64,000 bases of DNA from Bacteroidales bacterium (GTDB taxonomy: Bacteria; Bacteroidota; Bacteroidia; Bacteroidales; Paludibacteraceae): positions 3,584 through 67,583 of the forward strand of contig SUXC01000014.1 in assembly GCA_015061165.1 (NCBI GenBank). The letters are read 5' to 3'. Under the pieces are notes generated by a model. It ran no database searches. It saw nothing but the letters and a program-made list of their open reading frames with translations, and was not told the origin of the DNA. Both the position numbers and the translations under genes were made by a program. Below, in pieces: positions 17,101-24,894 of the stretch (positions are counted from its first letter, which is position 1; every line of letters begins with the position of its first letter).

Positions 17101-17105
17101 ATTTT

Positions 17106-17140
17106 TGGAATCGGGAATCGGGAGTCGAGAATTAGGATTT
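17106..17140. repeat. 5 x 7 nt GGGAATC-type module filling the wbqC-start / lepB-stop gap
   Basis: tggaatc gggaatc gggagtc gagaatt aggattt. The gap runs from 17101 to 17140. Confidence 0.85.
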
Positions 17141-18535
17141 TTATTCAAAATTGCTGAGTCCGATACGGTTCCAACGAATATGGCCTTTGCCCCATGGGTT
17201 GTCTTTCTCAATACTGAGCCATACGAACATTGGGCGGCCTACGATATGGTCTTCTGGCACAAAGCCCCAGTAACGGCTATCGGCTGACTTATGACGGTTG
17301 TCGCCCATCATCCAATAATAATCCATCTCAAAGACGTATGGTTCGCCCACTTTCATTGGTTTGAACTCATACGCATCGGCAATACGCTTATACAGGTGGA
17401 AGTTCTCCTCAGTAATCATCACCGTATCGCCCTTGGCAGGGATATAGATTGGTCCGTAGTTATCGCGTGTCCACGAGTTGTGTCCCAAAGGATACACCTC
17501 GCCACCTTGGTCTTCGGGCTCAATCTCTATGCTGAGGACATGGCTGTTCTTCTCGAGTTCGGCTTTCATCTCGGCAGTCAGTGGCAGGCGATACAATCCG
17601 TTGCCATTGCTCTCGCGGTCTTCTTTGGAAATACCCAATTTGCTCAAGTAACTATTACCCAACACATGACCATCGGTGCGAACGATATAGTTGTATTGCA
17701 AGTATGGGTGTACGGGTTCTTTCTGACCGTCGATATAAATCACATTATCAATGATTTGCAACGTGTCGCCTGGTGTGCCTACGCAACGTTTGACATAGTT
17801 CTCTCGGCGATCCACAGGGCGAACAACAATCTCGCCAAAGACATCCTTGCGGTTCTCTACCGTGCGCTTGCCATAGTAGTGGCAGAGAGTATAGTAGTCG
17901 GGATTTTGCATCTTCGTGCAGACCGTATCGCCCGTGGGGAAGTTAAACACCACAATATCGCCTTTCTCTACTTTGTCCCAACCACGGAGGCGTTTATACT
18001 CCCATTGTGGGTTGTCGAAATAACTCTTTCCGCCCCAAGGGAAAGTGTGTTGCACGAGAGGCATAGAGAGAGGTGTATTGGGCACACGTGCTCCGTAACT
18101 CATCTTATTCACACAAAGGAAATCGCCCACACGCAGGGTTTTCTCCAACGAAGAAGTGGGGATTTGATAATTCTGGAATATATAAACATTGATGAAATAC
18201 ACCGCTACCAACGCAAAAACGATGGCATCTATCCACGAACATATGGTATAGAGCGTGCTATTAGCATGCGGATTCTTTTCCTTTTGATTCCCGATCCCCG
18301 ATTCGCGATTCCTATTATCCACATTATCTGGTTTGTACTTCTTCCACCAGTTCCAAGGGATATACTTGGTAGTGAACATATCAGCAATAATTGGCAACAG
18401 TATGAGCCAACCGAGGCTTGCCCAATCGCCCCATGCTACCCAAACGACAAACGCGATGTAAATCGCGCACCATATGCCACAAGAAACCCACCCTTTGGTG
18501 GTTACTTCCTTGATTCTATCTTGAAAACTTTTCAT
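17141..18535 (-). CDS. lepB: Signal peptidase I
   Basis: Conserved SPase I box GDNRHKSADSRYWGFV and Ser box region IPTSSLEKTL. I place the start at the MKSFQDRIKE ATG (rc 18533-18535); the track start at 18568 is a TTG inside the promoter box. Confidence 0.9.
   Translation of the reverse strand: MKSFQDRIKEVTTKGWVSCGIWCAIYIAFVVWVAWGDWASLGWLILLPIIADMFTTKYIPWNWWKKYKPDNVDNRNRESGIGNQKEKNPHANSTLYTICSWIDAIVFALVAVYFINVYIFQNYQIPTSSLEKTLRVGDFLCVNKMSYGARVPNTPLSMPLVQHTFPWGGKSYFDNPQWEYKRLRGWDKVEKGDIVVFNFPTGDTVCTKMQNPDYYTLCHYYGKRTVENRKDVFGEIVVRPVDRRENYVKRCVGTPGDTLQIIDNVIYIDGQKEPVHPYLQYNYIVRTDGHVLGNSYLSKLGISKEDRESNGNGLYRLPLTAEMKAELEKNSHVLSIEIEPEDQGGEVYPLGHNSWTRDNYGPIYIPAKGDTVMITEENFHLYKRIADAYEFKPMKVGEPYVFEMDYYWMMGDNRHKSADSRYWGFVPEDHIVGRPMFVWLSIEKDNPWGKGHIRWNRIGLSNFE
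18286..18313. repeat. 4 x 7 nt GATTCCC-type module inside lepB
   Basis: gattccc gatcccc gattcgc gattcct. It encodes NRESGIGNQ. Confidence 0.85.
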
Positions 18536-18565
18536 ACGCGTTATATGTTTATGCGAAAAATCGTG

Positions 18566-18573
18566 CAAAGGTA
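18566..18573 (-). promoter_or_regulatory. -7 box TACCTTTG for lepB
   Basis: 31 nt from the ATG. Confidence 0.65.
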
Positions 18574-18654
18574 GTATATTTTTTTGAGATAAGCAAATTT
18601 TTTTTTGCCAAATGTGGGGTACACCTCACGCTGATGTGCCTTGTTGAAGAGATT

Positions 18655-18698
18655 AATCACTAACGAATCACTAACGAATAACTAACGAATCACTAACG
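18655..18698. repeat. 4 x 11-mer aatcactaacg
   Basis: Read directly in the lepB/TPM divergent spacer. Confidence 0.9.
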
Positions 18699-18717
18699 AT
18701 TGACTGCTGAAAAGCGG

Positions 18718-18806
18718 GGGAATCGGGAGTCGGGAATCGGGAATCAAGCTGGGGAATCGGGAATCAGGAATCGAGAGTCAAGTGGGGGGATCGGGAGTCG
18801 GGAGTC
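18718..18806. repeat. Three blocks of GGGARTC heptamers (4 + 4 + 3 units)
   Basis: Blocks at 18718-18745, 18752-18779 and 18786-18806. Confidence 0.9.
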
Positions 18807-18896
18807 AAGGGTATTTTGATGCGTTATTTAGACCAAGAGCCTGCCATTTTGTCAGCATAGAGATGTGTGGCACGATATTTGTCGTGGTTTTGGTGT

Positions 18897-19823
18897 ATGA
18901 AACGTGTAAAACTATTTATTCTATTATTCATGCTTGGCTTCGTGGCACAAGCAGCGGTGTTTACACCTACTACTTTGCCCAATCCAAAGGCACAAGATCG
19001 CAGTAATTATGTCTGCAATCCCGATGAAATCGTGGCAACCAACGAGGTAATGTTCCTCAACCGTTTGGCGCGACAGTTGGAAGACTCCACCCAAGTGGAA
19101 CTATGCGTGGTAGCAGTGAATAGTATCGGTGAAATGGAGGCATTTGACTTCTGCTACGAGGTGTTTCAGCGTTGGGGCATTGGCAAAAAAGGGAAGAACA
19201 CGGGTGTGCTGTTGTTCCTTGCCGTAGAATCGCGCGATATACGTATCATGACGGGCGGTGGTATTGAAGGAATATTGACGGATGCCGTTTGTAATGAAAT
19301 CATACAAAAGACGATGATTTCACCGCTCCGTAATGCTGATTATTCAGATGCAATGGCGTTAGGTGCGTTGCGCATATACGAGATATGTACAGATGGTGCT
19401 GCGCCCGAAGAATTACGCCAAATGACTTCGGCTACCAATCGCTATCATTATGCCGATGAATCCGAAGAAAATGGTTGGTTGGAGTTGTTTTATTTTGTGG
19501 GTATTCCCTGCTTAATCTTTACCCTAATTATCGTTTTGCTACTGATGCCTAAGAAATGCCCAAAATGTGGCAAGCGCAGTCTAAGGAAAACGAATGAGCA
19601 GATTATCAACCGCGCCACAACACGCAAAGAAGGATTGGGTGTGCGCACATACTGCTGCAAAGATTGTGGACACCAAGAGCAGAAGACCTATATCATCCCA
19701 AAAGAAGTGCCCACAGTCATTATCACGGGCGGTGGTTCTCGTGGTGGCTTTGGCGGAGGCAGTTTTGGCGGTGGATTCGGCGGAGGTAGCACGTTCGGCG
19801 GAGGCGCAGGAGGGAAGTTTTAA
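18897..19823 (+). CDS. TPM (YgcG-like) domain protein with zinc-ribbon insert and Gly-rich tail
   Basis: Signal peptide MKRVKLFILLFMLGFVAQA. TPM block QVELCVVAVNSIGEMEAFDF...NTGVLLFLAVESRDIRI. CPKCG...CKDCGH. C-terminal GGFGGGSFGGGFGGG. Confidence 0.8.
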   Translation: MKRVKLFILLFMLGFVAQAAVFTPTTLPNPKAQDRSNYVCNPDEIVATNEVMFLNRLARQLEDSTQVELCVVAVNSIGEMEAFDFCYEVFQRWGIGKKGKNTGVLLFLAVESRDIRIMTGGGIEGILTDAVCNEIIQKTMISPLRNADYSDAMALGALRIYEICTDGAAPEELRQMTSATNRYHYADESEENGWLELFYFVGIPCLIFTLIIVLLLMPKKCPKCGKRSLRKTNEQIINRATTRKEGLGVRTYCCKDCGHQEQKTYIIPKEVPTVIITGGGSRGGFGGGSFGGGFGGGSTFGGGAGGKF

Positions 19824-19858
19824 GAATTTTGAATTTTGAATTTTGAATTAAGAATTAA
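19824..19858. repeat. 5 x 7 nt GAATTWW module immediately after the TPM gene stop
   Basis: gaatttt x3, gaattaa x2. Confidence 0.9.
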
Positions 19859-19877
19859 AAAATTATATATTAGGATT

Positions 19878-20468
19878 ATGAGTAAGAAAACTATTATTTG
19901 GATTGCAGTACTGGGCGTACTGGCAATCGCAATCATTTGGGGCGTTGGTCGCTACAACGCAATTATTACTGCCGAGGAGAACGTAAATACTGCTTGGTCG
20001 CAAGTGGAAAACCAATATCAGCGTCGTGCGGATTTGATTCCAAACCTCGTTGAAACCGTGAAAGGTTACGCAGCACACGAGAGCGAGACCCTTGAAGGAG
20101 TGATTGCAGCGCGCGCCAAAGCGACACAAGTAGTCGTTGATCCTACCAATGCAAGCGCAGAGCAGATTGCCGCTTTCCAAGCAGCACAAGGCGAACTAAG
20201 CCAAGCGTTAGGCAGACTGATGGCTATCTCGGAGAACTATCCTGACCTGAAAGCCAACCAAAACTTTGGCGCACTACAATCGCAATTGGAGGGAACAGAA
20301 AACCGTATCACCGTGGCTCGCAACAACTTCAACGAAGTGGCTCGTCAGTTCAACACTATGATTCGCCGTTTCCCAACCAACATCATTGCTAACATGATGA
20401 GTATGGAGAAACGTGCCTACTTCGAGGCAACAGAAGGTGCAGAAGTAGCACCTAAAGTAGAGTTTTAG
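19878..20468 (+). CDS. LemA family protein
   Basis: Start MSKKTIIWIAVLGVLAIA with a single TM. NAWSQVENQYQRRADLIPNLVETVKGYAAHE is the LemA core. Confidence 0.9.
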   Translation: MSKKTIIWIAVLGVLAIAIIWGVGRYNAIITAEENVNTAWSQVENQYQRRADLIPNLVETVKGYAAHESETLEGVIAARAKATQVVVDPTNASAEQIAAFQAAQGELSQALGRLMAISENYPDLKANQNFGALQSQLEGTENRITVARNNFNEVARQFNTMIRRFPTNIIANMMSMEKRAYFEATEGAEVAPKVEF

Positions 20469-20479
20469 GCGAGAGGAGA

Positions 20480-21022
20480 ATGGATATATTTCTAATCATA
20501 TTAGGCGCGATATGCCTGTTGTTGGGTCTAATCGGTTGCGTAGCACCCGTAATACCCGGCGTACCATTGTCGTATGTGGGATTGTTATTGCTGCATTTCA
20601 CCGACCGTGTGCAGTTCTCGTGGCAGTTCCTGACCATATGGGCAGTTATTGTCATTGTGATTCAGGTACTTGACTACTTTATTCCTGCATGGGGAACCAA
20701 GAAGTTTGGTGGCTCTAAGTGGGGTGTTTGGGGCAGCACGATAGGTTTGTTGTTAGGCTTCTTTATGGGCCCTTGGGGCATCATTGTAGGTCCATTTGTG
20801 GGCGCAGTAGTTGGCGAATTGATTTACTTCAACCGCCATCCACAGGCTATTATTAGTGGTAGCGAGCAGCCTGCAAGCAACACACAACAAGCCAAGAACA
20901 GCAACCTAACCCGCGCTCTTCGCGCGGGCTTCGGTTCGTTCGTTGGACTACTGACAGGCACCATACTCAAGTGCATCTGCTGCGGTATGATGATTGTCTA
21001 TTTTGTCCAAGAGTTGTTGTAA
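20480..21022 (+). CDS. DUF456-like membrane protein
   Basis: 180 aa, 4 TM. FIPAWGTKKFGGSKWGVWGSTIG...GPFVGAVVGELI pattern. Confidence 0.7.
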   Translation: MDIFLIILGAICLLLGLIGCVAPVIPGVPLSYVGLLLLHFTDRVQFSWQFLTIWAVIVIVIQVLDYFIPAWGTKKFGGSKWGVWGSTIGLLLGFFMGPWGIIVGPFVGAVVGELIYFNRHPQAIISGSEQPASNTQQAKNSNLTRALRAGFGSFVGLLTGTILKCICCGMMIVYFVQELL

Positions 21023-21027
21023 ATAGA

Positions 21028-22365
21028 TTACTGATGCTCTGCTCGGAGAAGGTCATTCACCGTCTTCACAGGGTTGAAGGTGGATACAGGAACCTCTACG
21101 AAAATAGTATTCCATCGGCTCATAGCACCATTCCAAAGACCTGGCAACTCCAATGCCAATAACTCCTTGCCATCCTTAGACTTGTGCGAGATGAAACCTG
21201 TTTTCTCATCCACAAAGTCAGGCAAGTAGTATGGTTTGCCCTCCGCATCGCGGGTAGCACATACCAAGTCCACAGGATTAAAGTGGGTGGCTTGTTGCAT
21301 GAGTGCAGGGTCGCTGATTTGGCTGGACTCCAGAATCTGGCATGAGATACTGCCATCTTCCTCACGCACGAGGAATGGTCCACCGCCAGGCTCGCCCGTA
21401 TTCTTCACCACTCCGCAGACACGCAACGGACGTGCCAAACGAGCACGTTCTTGCGATGAAAGCGAAGGATCTTGCAGTTTTTCGAATGCCTTCTTCTGCT
21501 CGGTAACCAACACACCAGCAAGCAGTTGCTTATAACGAACCGTGTCGCCCTTCAATCGGTCAGGCACCACGTTATCAATGTTCTTGATAAAGATGACATC
21601 CGCATTTTGCTCGTTGAGGTTCTCAATGAGCGCACCGTGTCCACCCGGGCGGAACAACAGTTTACCATCCGCTGTGCGGAATGGCGTGCCATCTGGATTA
21701 GCCGCCAACGTGTCGGTAGAAGGTTTTTGCTCGGAATACGACACATGGAACTTCACACCCAACTTCTCCTCGTATGCAGCCAAATGCTCCGCGATATGTG
21801 CTTGGAAAAGAGGCAAATGCTCGTGGCTAACCGTGAAATGGATATTCACTTCGCCCTTCGATGCAGCGTACATAGCACCTTCTACCAAATGTTCCAAAGC
21901 AGGAGTTCTGGCTCCATCTTCATAGGAGTGGAACAGCAGCAATCCCTTAGGCAAATTGCCATAATTCATGTCTTTGAGCAGGTGACTAACCGCCGCTTGT
22001 TCTTCCATACCTGCCAACTGAGGACCAAAAGCAAAACGGTCTTTTTCCGATAAGAATTTATCGATGAAATCGGTCTTTTTACCATCTTCCAAATACTCAA
22101 ATAGATTCTTGAACATACGGCTTGCTGCACCGCTGGCAGGCACAAACTTCAGCACGGTATGTCCCTCATCAAGGTATTCTTGCCATGCCTTCACATAGGC
22201 ATCAATCTCCTCTTCGGATGGGTTGAGTACTCCGTTTCCTACCGATGCAGCGGAAACAATATCTAATTCAGGAAAACCAGTAGCAAACGACTGGAGTTGT
22301 TTTTCGGCTTTCTCTACAGAAATGCCACGCGCCTCAAGTTGCGCAAGATCAGATGGTGTAAACAT
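21028..22365 (-). CDS. Conserved Bacteroidota protein (DUF4301-like, tentative)
   Basis: 445-aa ORF with its own TAACTTTG promoter box. The family assignment is from memory of the N-terminal pattern only. Confidence 0.6.
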   Translation of the reverse strand: MFTPSDLAQLEARGISVEKAEKQLQSFATGFPELDIVSAASVGNGVLNPSEEEIDAYVKAWQEYLDEGHTVLKFVPASGAASRMFKNLFEYLEDGKKTDFIDKFLSEKDRFAFGPQLAGMEEQAAVSHLLKDMNYGNLPKGLLLFHSYEDGARTPALEHLVEGAMYAASKGEVNIHFTVSHEHLPLFQAHIAEHLAAYEEKLGVKFHVSYSEQKPSTDTLAANPDGTPFRTADGKLLFRPGGHGALIENLNEQNADVIFIKNIDNVVPDRLKGDTVRYKQLLAGVLVTEQKKAFEKLQDPSLSSQERARLARPLRVCGVVKNTGEPGGGPFLVREEDGSISCQILESSQISDPALMQQATHFNPVDLVCATRDAEGKPYYLPDFVDEKTGFISHKSKDGKELLALELPGLWNGAMSRWNTIFVEVPVSTFNPVKTVNDLLRAEHQ

Positions 22366-22387
22366 AGTATCAAATCATTTTGTGCTG

Positions 22388-22395
22388 CAAAGTTA
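22388..22395 (-). promoter_or_regulatory. -7 box TAACTTTG for the DUF4301-like gene
   Basis: 23 nt from the ATG. Confidence 0.65.
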
Positions 22396-22457
22396 CTACT
22401 TTTTTTTAAATCATGCAAATTTATTACGAAAATATTGTATATACGAAAAAAAAATTG

Positions 22458-22465
22458 TACCTTTG
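22458..22465 (+). promoter_or_regulatory. -7 box TACCTTTG for metY-metX(-thrA)
   Basis: 43 nt from the ATG. Confidence 0.65.
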
Positions 22466-22507
22466 CAGCTCTTTTTTATACTTTTGACAAAAGTATCCTA
22501 TCAGTTT

Positions 22508-23800
22508 ATGGACAAGAAACTACATATTGACACGCTATGCGTGCAAGCAGGTTACAACCCACAAAAGGGCGAACCACGTCAAGTGCCTATTATTCAGAGC
22601 ACCACATTTAAGTATGAGACCAGTGAGCAAATGGGCAAACTCTTTGACCTTGAGGAGAGTGGCTATTTCTACACCCGTCTGCAAAACCCCACCAACGATA
22701 CGGTAGCTGCACAGATTGCAGCCATGGAAGGTGGCGTAGCGGCTATGCTGACCTCATCGGGTCAAGCAGCCAACTTCTTCGCTTGTTTCAATATCTGCCA
22801 AGCAGGCGACCACATGATTACTACCACCAGTATCTATGGTGGTACCTATAATCTATTTGGCGTAACCTTCCCCAAAATGGGCATTGAAATCACCTTTATT
22901 GACCAAGATGCCAGCGATGAAGAGTGGGCTGCTGCTTTCCGACCCAACACGAAGTTAGTGTTTGGCGAGACACTCTCCAACCCCAATGTACGTATATTGG
23001 ACATTGAGCGTATTGCGGGCTTTGCTCATCAACACGGTGTACCGTTGATTGTGGATAACACCTTCCCTACCCCCGTCAATTGTCGCCCATTCGAGTTCGG
23101 CGCAGACATCGTTACCCACTCTACCACAAAGTACATGGACGGTCATGGTGTGCAAGTAGGCGGTGTGATTGTGGATAGTGGCAACTTCGATTGGGAAGCG
23201 CAGCACGATAAGTTCACTTGCCTCACCGAGCCCGATGCTTCCTACCACGGACTGCGTTACACCGAAGCCTTTGGCAAACTGGCATATATCACCAAAGCCA
23301 CTGCCCAACTCATGCGCGACTTGGGCTCGATCCAAAGTCCACAAAACGCCTTCTATCTGCACCTCGGTTTGCAGACCCTGCATGTGCGTATGTCTCGCCA
23401 CTGCGAGAGTGCGCTGAAGGTGGCTCAGTGGTTGGAGCAGCACCCCGACGTGGCATGGGTGCGCTATCCCGAACTGGAGAATGACCCCGAACATGCACGC
23501 CAACAGAGGTATATGCCTAACGGCTCGTGCGGCGTGATGGCTTTCGCCGTGAAAGGCGACCGTGCTTTTGCCAATCGTTTTATGGACAACCTGCAATTAG
23601 TAACGATCGAGACACACGTAGCCGACTGCCACACCTGTATCCTGCATCCCGCTTCGCATACCCACCGCCAACTCAGCAACGAGGCGCTTCTGGCAGCAGG
23701 TATCGACCCCGACCTGATGCGACTGAGCATCGGTTTGGAAAACGCAGATGACTTAATAGCTGACATTCAACATGCACTTACACAAGCTCACAACGCATAA
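22508..23800 (+). CDS. metY: O-acetylhomoserine aminocarboxypropyltransferase (sulfhydrylase)
   Basis: 430 aa from MDKKLHIDTLCVQAGY. Cys/Met-metabolism PLP enzyme with the HSTTKYMDGHG lysine motif. The track ORF starts earlier, at 22223, which is upstream of the promoter box. Confidence 0.9.
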   Translation: MDKKLHIDTLCVQAGYNPQKGEPRQVPIIQSTTFKYETSEQMGKLFDLEESGYFYTRLQNPTNDTVAAQIAAMEGGVAAMLTSSGQAANFFACFNICQAGDHMITTTSIYGGTYNLFGVTFPKMGIEITFIDQDASDEEWAAAFRPNTKLVFGETLSNPNVRILDIERIAGFAHQHGVPLIVDNTFPTPVNCRPFEFGADIVTHSTTKYMDGHGVQVGGVIVDSGNFDWEAQHDKFTCLTEPDASYHGLRYTEAFGKLAYITKATAQLMRDLGSIQSPQNAFYLHLGLQTLHVRMSRHCESALKVAQWLEQHPDVAWVRYPELENDPEHARQQRYMPNGSCGVMAFAVKGDRAFANRFMDNLQLVTIETHVADCHTCILHPASHTHRQLSNEALLAAGIDPDLMRLSIGLENADDLIADIQHALTQAHNA

Positions 23801-24806
23801 TTTCGCTTTCGAAGCAGGCGGCAGTCTTGACCAATTAGAGATAGTTTATCACACCTCGGAGCGCGAATACCAACAGGGCGAGCGCGTGGTATGGCTGTGC
23901 CATGCTCTCACCGCTAACTCCGACCCATTGGACTGGTGGCCAGAGATGGTGGGCGACGGTTGCTGCATTGATCCGAACAAAGACTATGTAGTGTGTGTCA
24001 ATATCTTCGGCTCTGCCTACGGCACCACAGGACCGAGAGATTTCGGGAATCGCGACTCGCGAATCCCGAATCAAAAAGGATATCTCGATTTTCCCAAGTT
24101 CACGGTACGCGATACAGCCCGCCTCTTCACTTTGGTGCGCGAGCATCTGGGCATAGAGCAAGTAGATTTGTTGGTGGGCAGTTCGATAGGCGGATTCCAT
24201 GCGTTGGAATGGGCAATTATGGAAGGCGAACGCATTCGCCATGCCGCGTTTATTGCCACTGCGCCTCGCGTGTCGCCATGGCTGAGCGCATGGATGGAGG
24301 TGCAACGTATGGCACTGGAGGCCGACCCCACGTTCCACGCCTGCGAGTCGCTGGATGGCGGATGCAAAGGGTTGGAGGCTGCACGCGCTATTTCGCTCAT
24401 CTCCTACCGCAGTTTTGATGGCTACAACCTCACGCAATACGAGACCGATGATGACTGCCTCTTTGCCTGTCGTGCAGCCAGTTACGAGCGCTATCAAGGC
24501 GAGAAACTGGTCAAACGCGGGTTTGATGCCTACTCCTACTACTACCTACTCCACTGCGTAGATAGCCAAAACGTAGGTCGCCATCGCGGTGGCATCAAAG
24601 CAGCATTGGCACAAATCAAAGCCCAAACGGTGGTGATAGCCATCACATCCGATGGACTCTTCCCACCATGCGAGAGTAGCGAGTGGGCAAAACATATCCC
24701 CCACGCCAAGTATTACGAGATAGAATCACGATTCGGACACGACGGATTCCTACTCGAAACCGAGCAAATCACACAAATAATAAATAGTTTAGAGGTTAAA
24801 GGTTAG
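23772..24806 (+). CDS. metX: Homoserine O-acetyltransferase
   Basis: 344 aa alpha/beta hydrolase with nucleophile elbow GSSIGG and C-terminal FGHDGFL. 29-nt overlap with metY. Confidence 0.88.
   Translation: MHLHKLTTHNFAFEAGGSLDQLEIVYHTSEREYQQGERVVWLCHALTANSDPLDWWPEMVGDGCCIDPNKDYVVCVNIFGSAYGTTGPRDFGNRDSRIPNQKGYLDFPKFTVRDTARLFTLVREHLGIEQVDLLVGSSIGGFHALEWAIMEGERIRHAAFIATAPRVSPWLSAWMEVQRMALEADPTFHACESLDGGCKGLEAARAISLISYRSFDGYNLTQYETDDDCLFACRAASYERYQGEKLVKRGFDAYSYYYLLHCVDSQNVGRHRGGIKAALAQIKAQTVVIAITSDGLFPPCESSEWAKHIPHAKYYEIESRFGHDGFLLETEQITQIINSLEVKG
24038..24072. repeat. GGGAATC-type module (4 clear units, possibly 5) inside metX
   Basis: (agatttc) gggaatc gcgactc gcgaatc ccgaatc. It encodes FGNRDSRIPNQ. 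Confidence 0.8.
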
Positions 24807-24819
24807 AGGCTAAAGGCAA
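24785..24819. repeat. RAGGYTA heptamer module spanning the metX stop
   Basis: tagttta gaggtta aaggtta gaggcta aaggcaa. Confidence 0.75.
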
Positions 24820-24846
24820 GAAATATGCGGCTCTGCCGCCCCGCCT

Positions 24847-24888
24847 TTACACCTTACACCCTACACTTTACACCACACACCATACACT
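24847..24888. repeat. 6 x 7 nt TTACACC-type array just upstream of thrA
   Basis: ttacacc ttacacc ctacact ttacacc acacacc atacact. Confidence 0.85.
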
Positions 24889-24894
24889 AATTAT

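Noticed and set aside
18655-18806. Possible CRISPR array, suggested by dense regular repeats here and at 39540, 44422 and 53157.
   Set aside because: The units are 7-11 nt and directly abut one another. There are no repeats of 25-40 nt, no unique spacers and no cas genes.
22366-22507. SAM or other riboswitch upstream of metY-metX-thrA.
   Set aside because: The -7 box is only 43 nt from the ATG, so the leader is too short. It shows no conserved riboswitch motifs.
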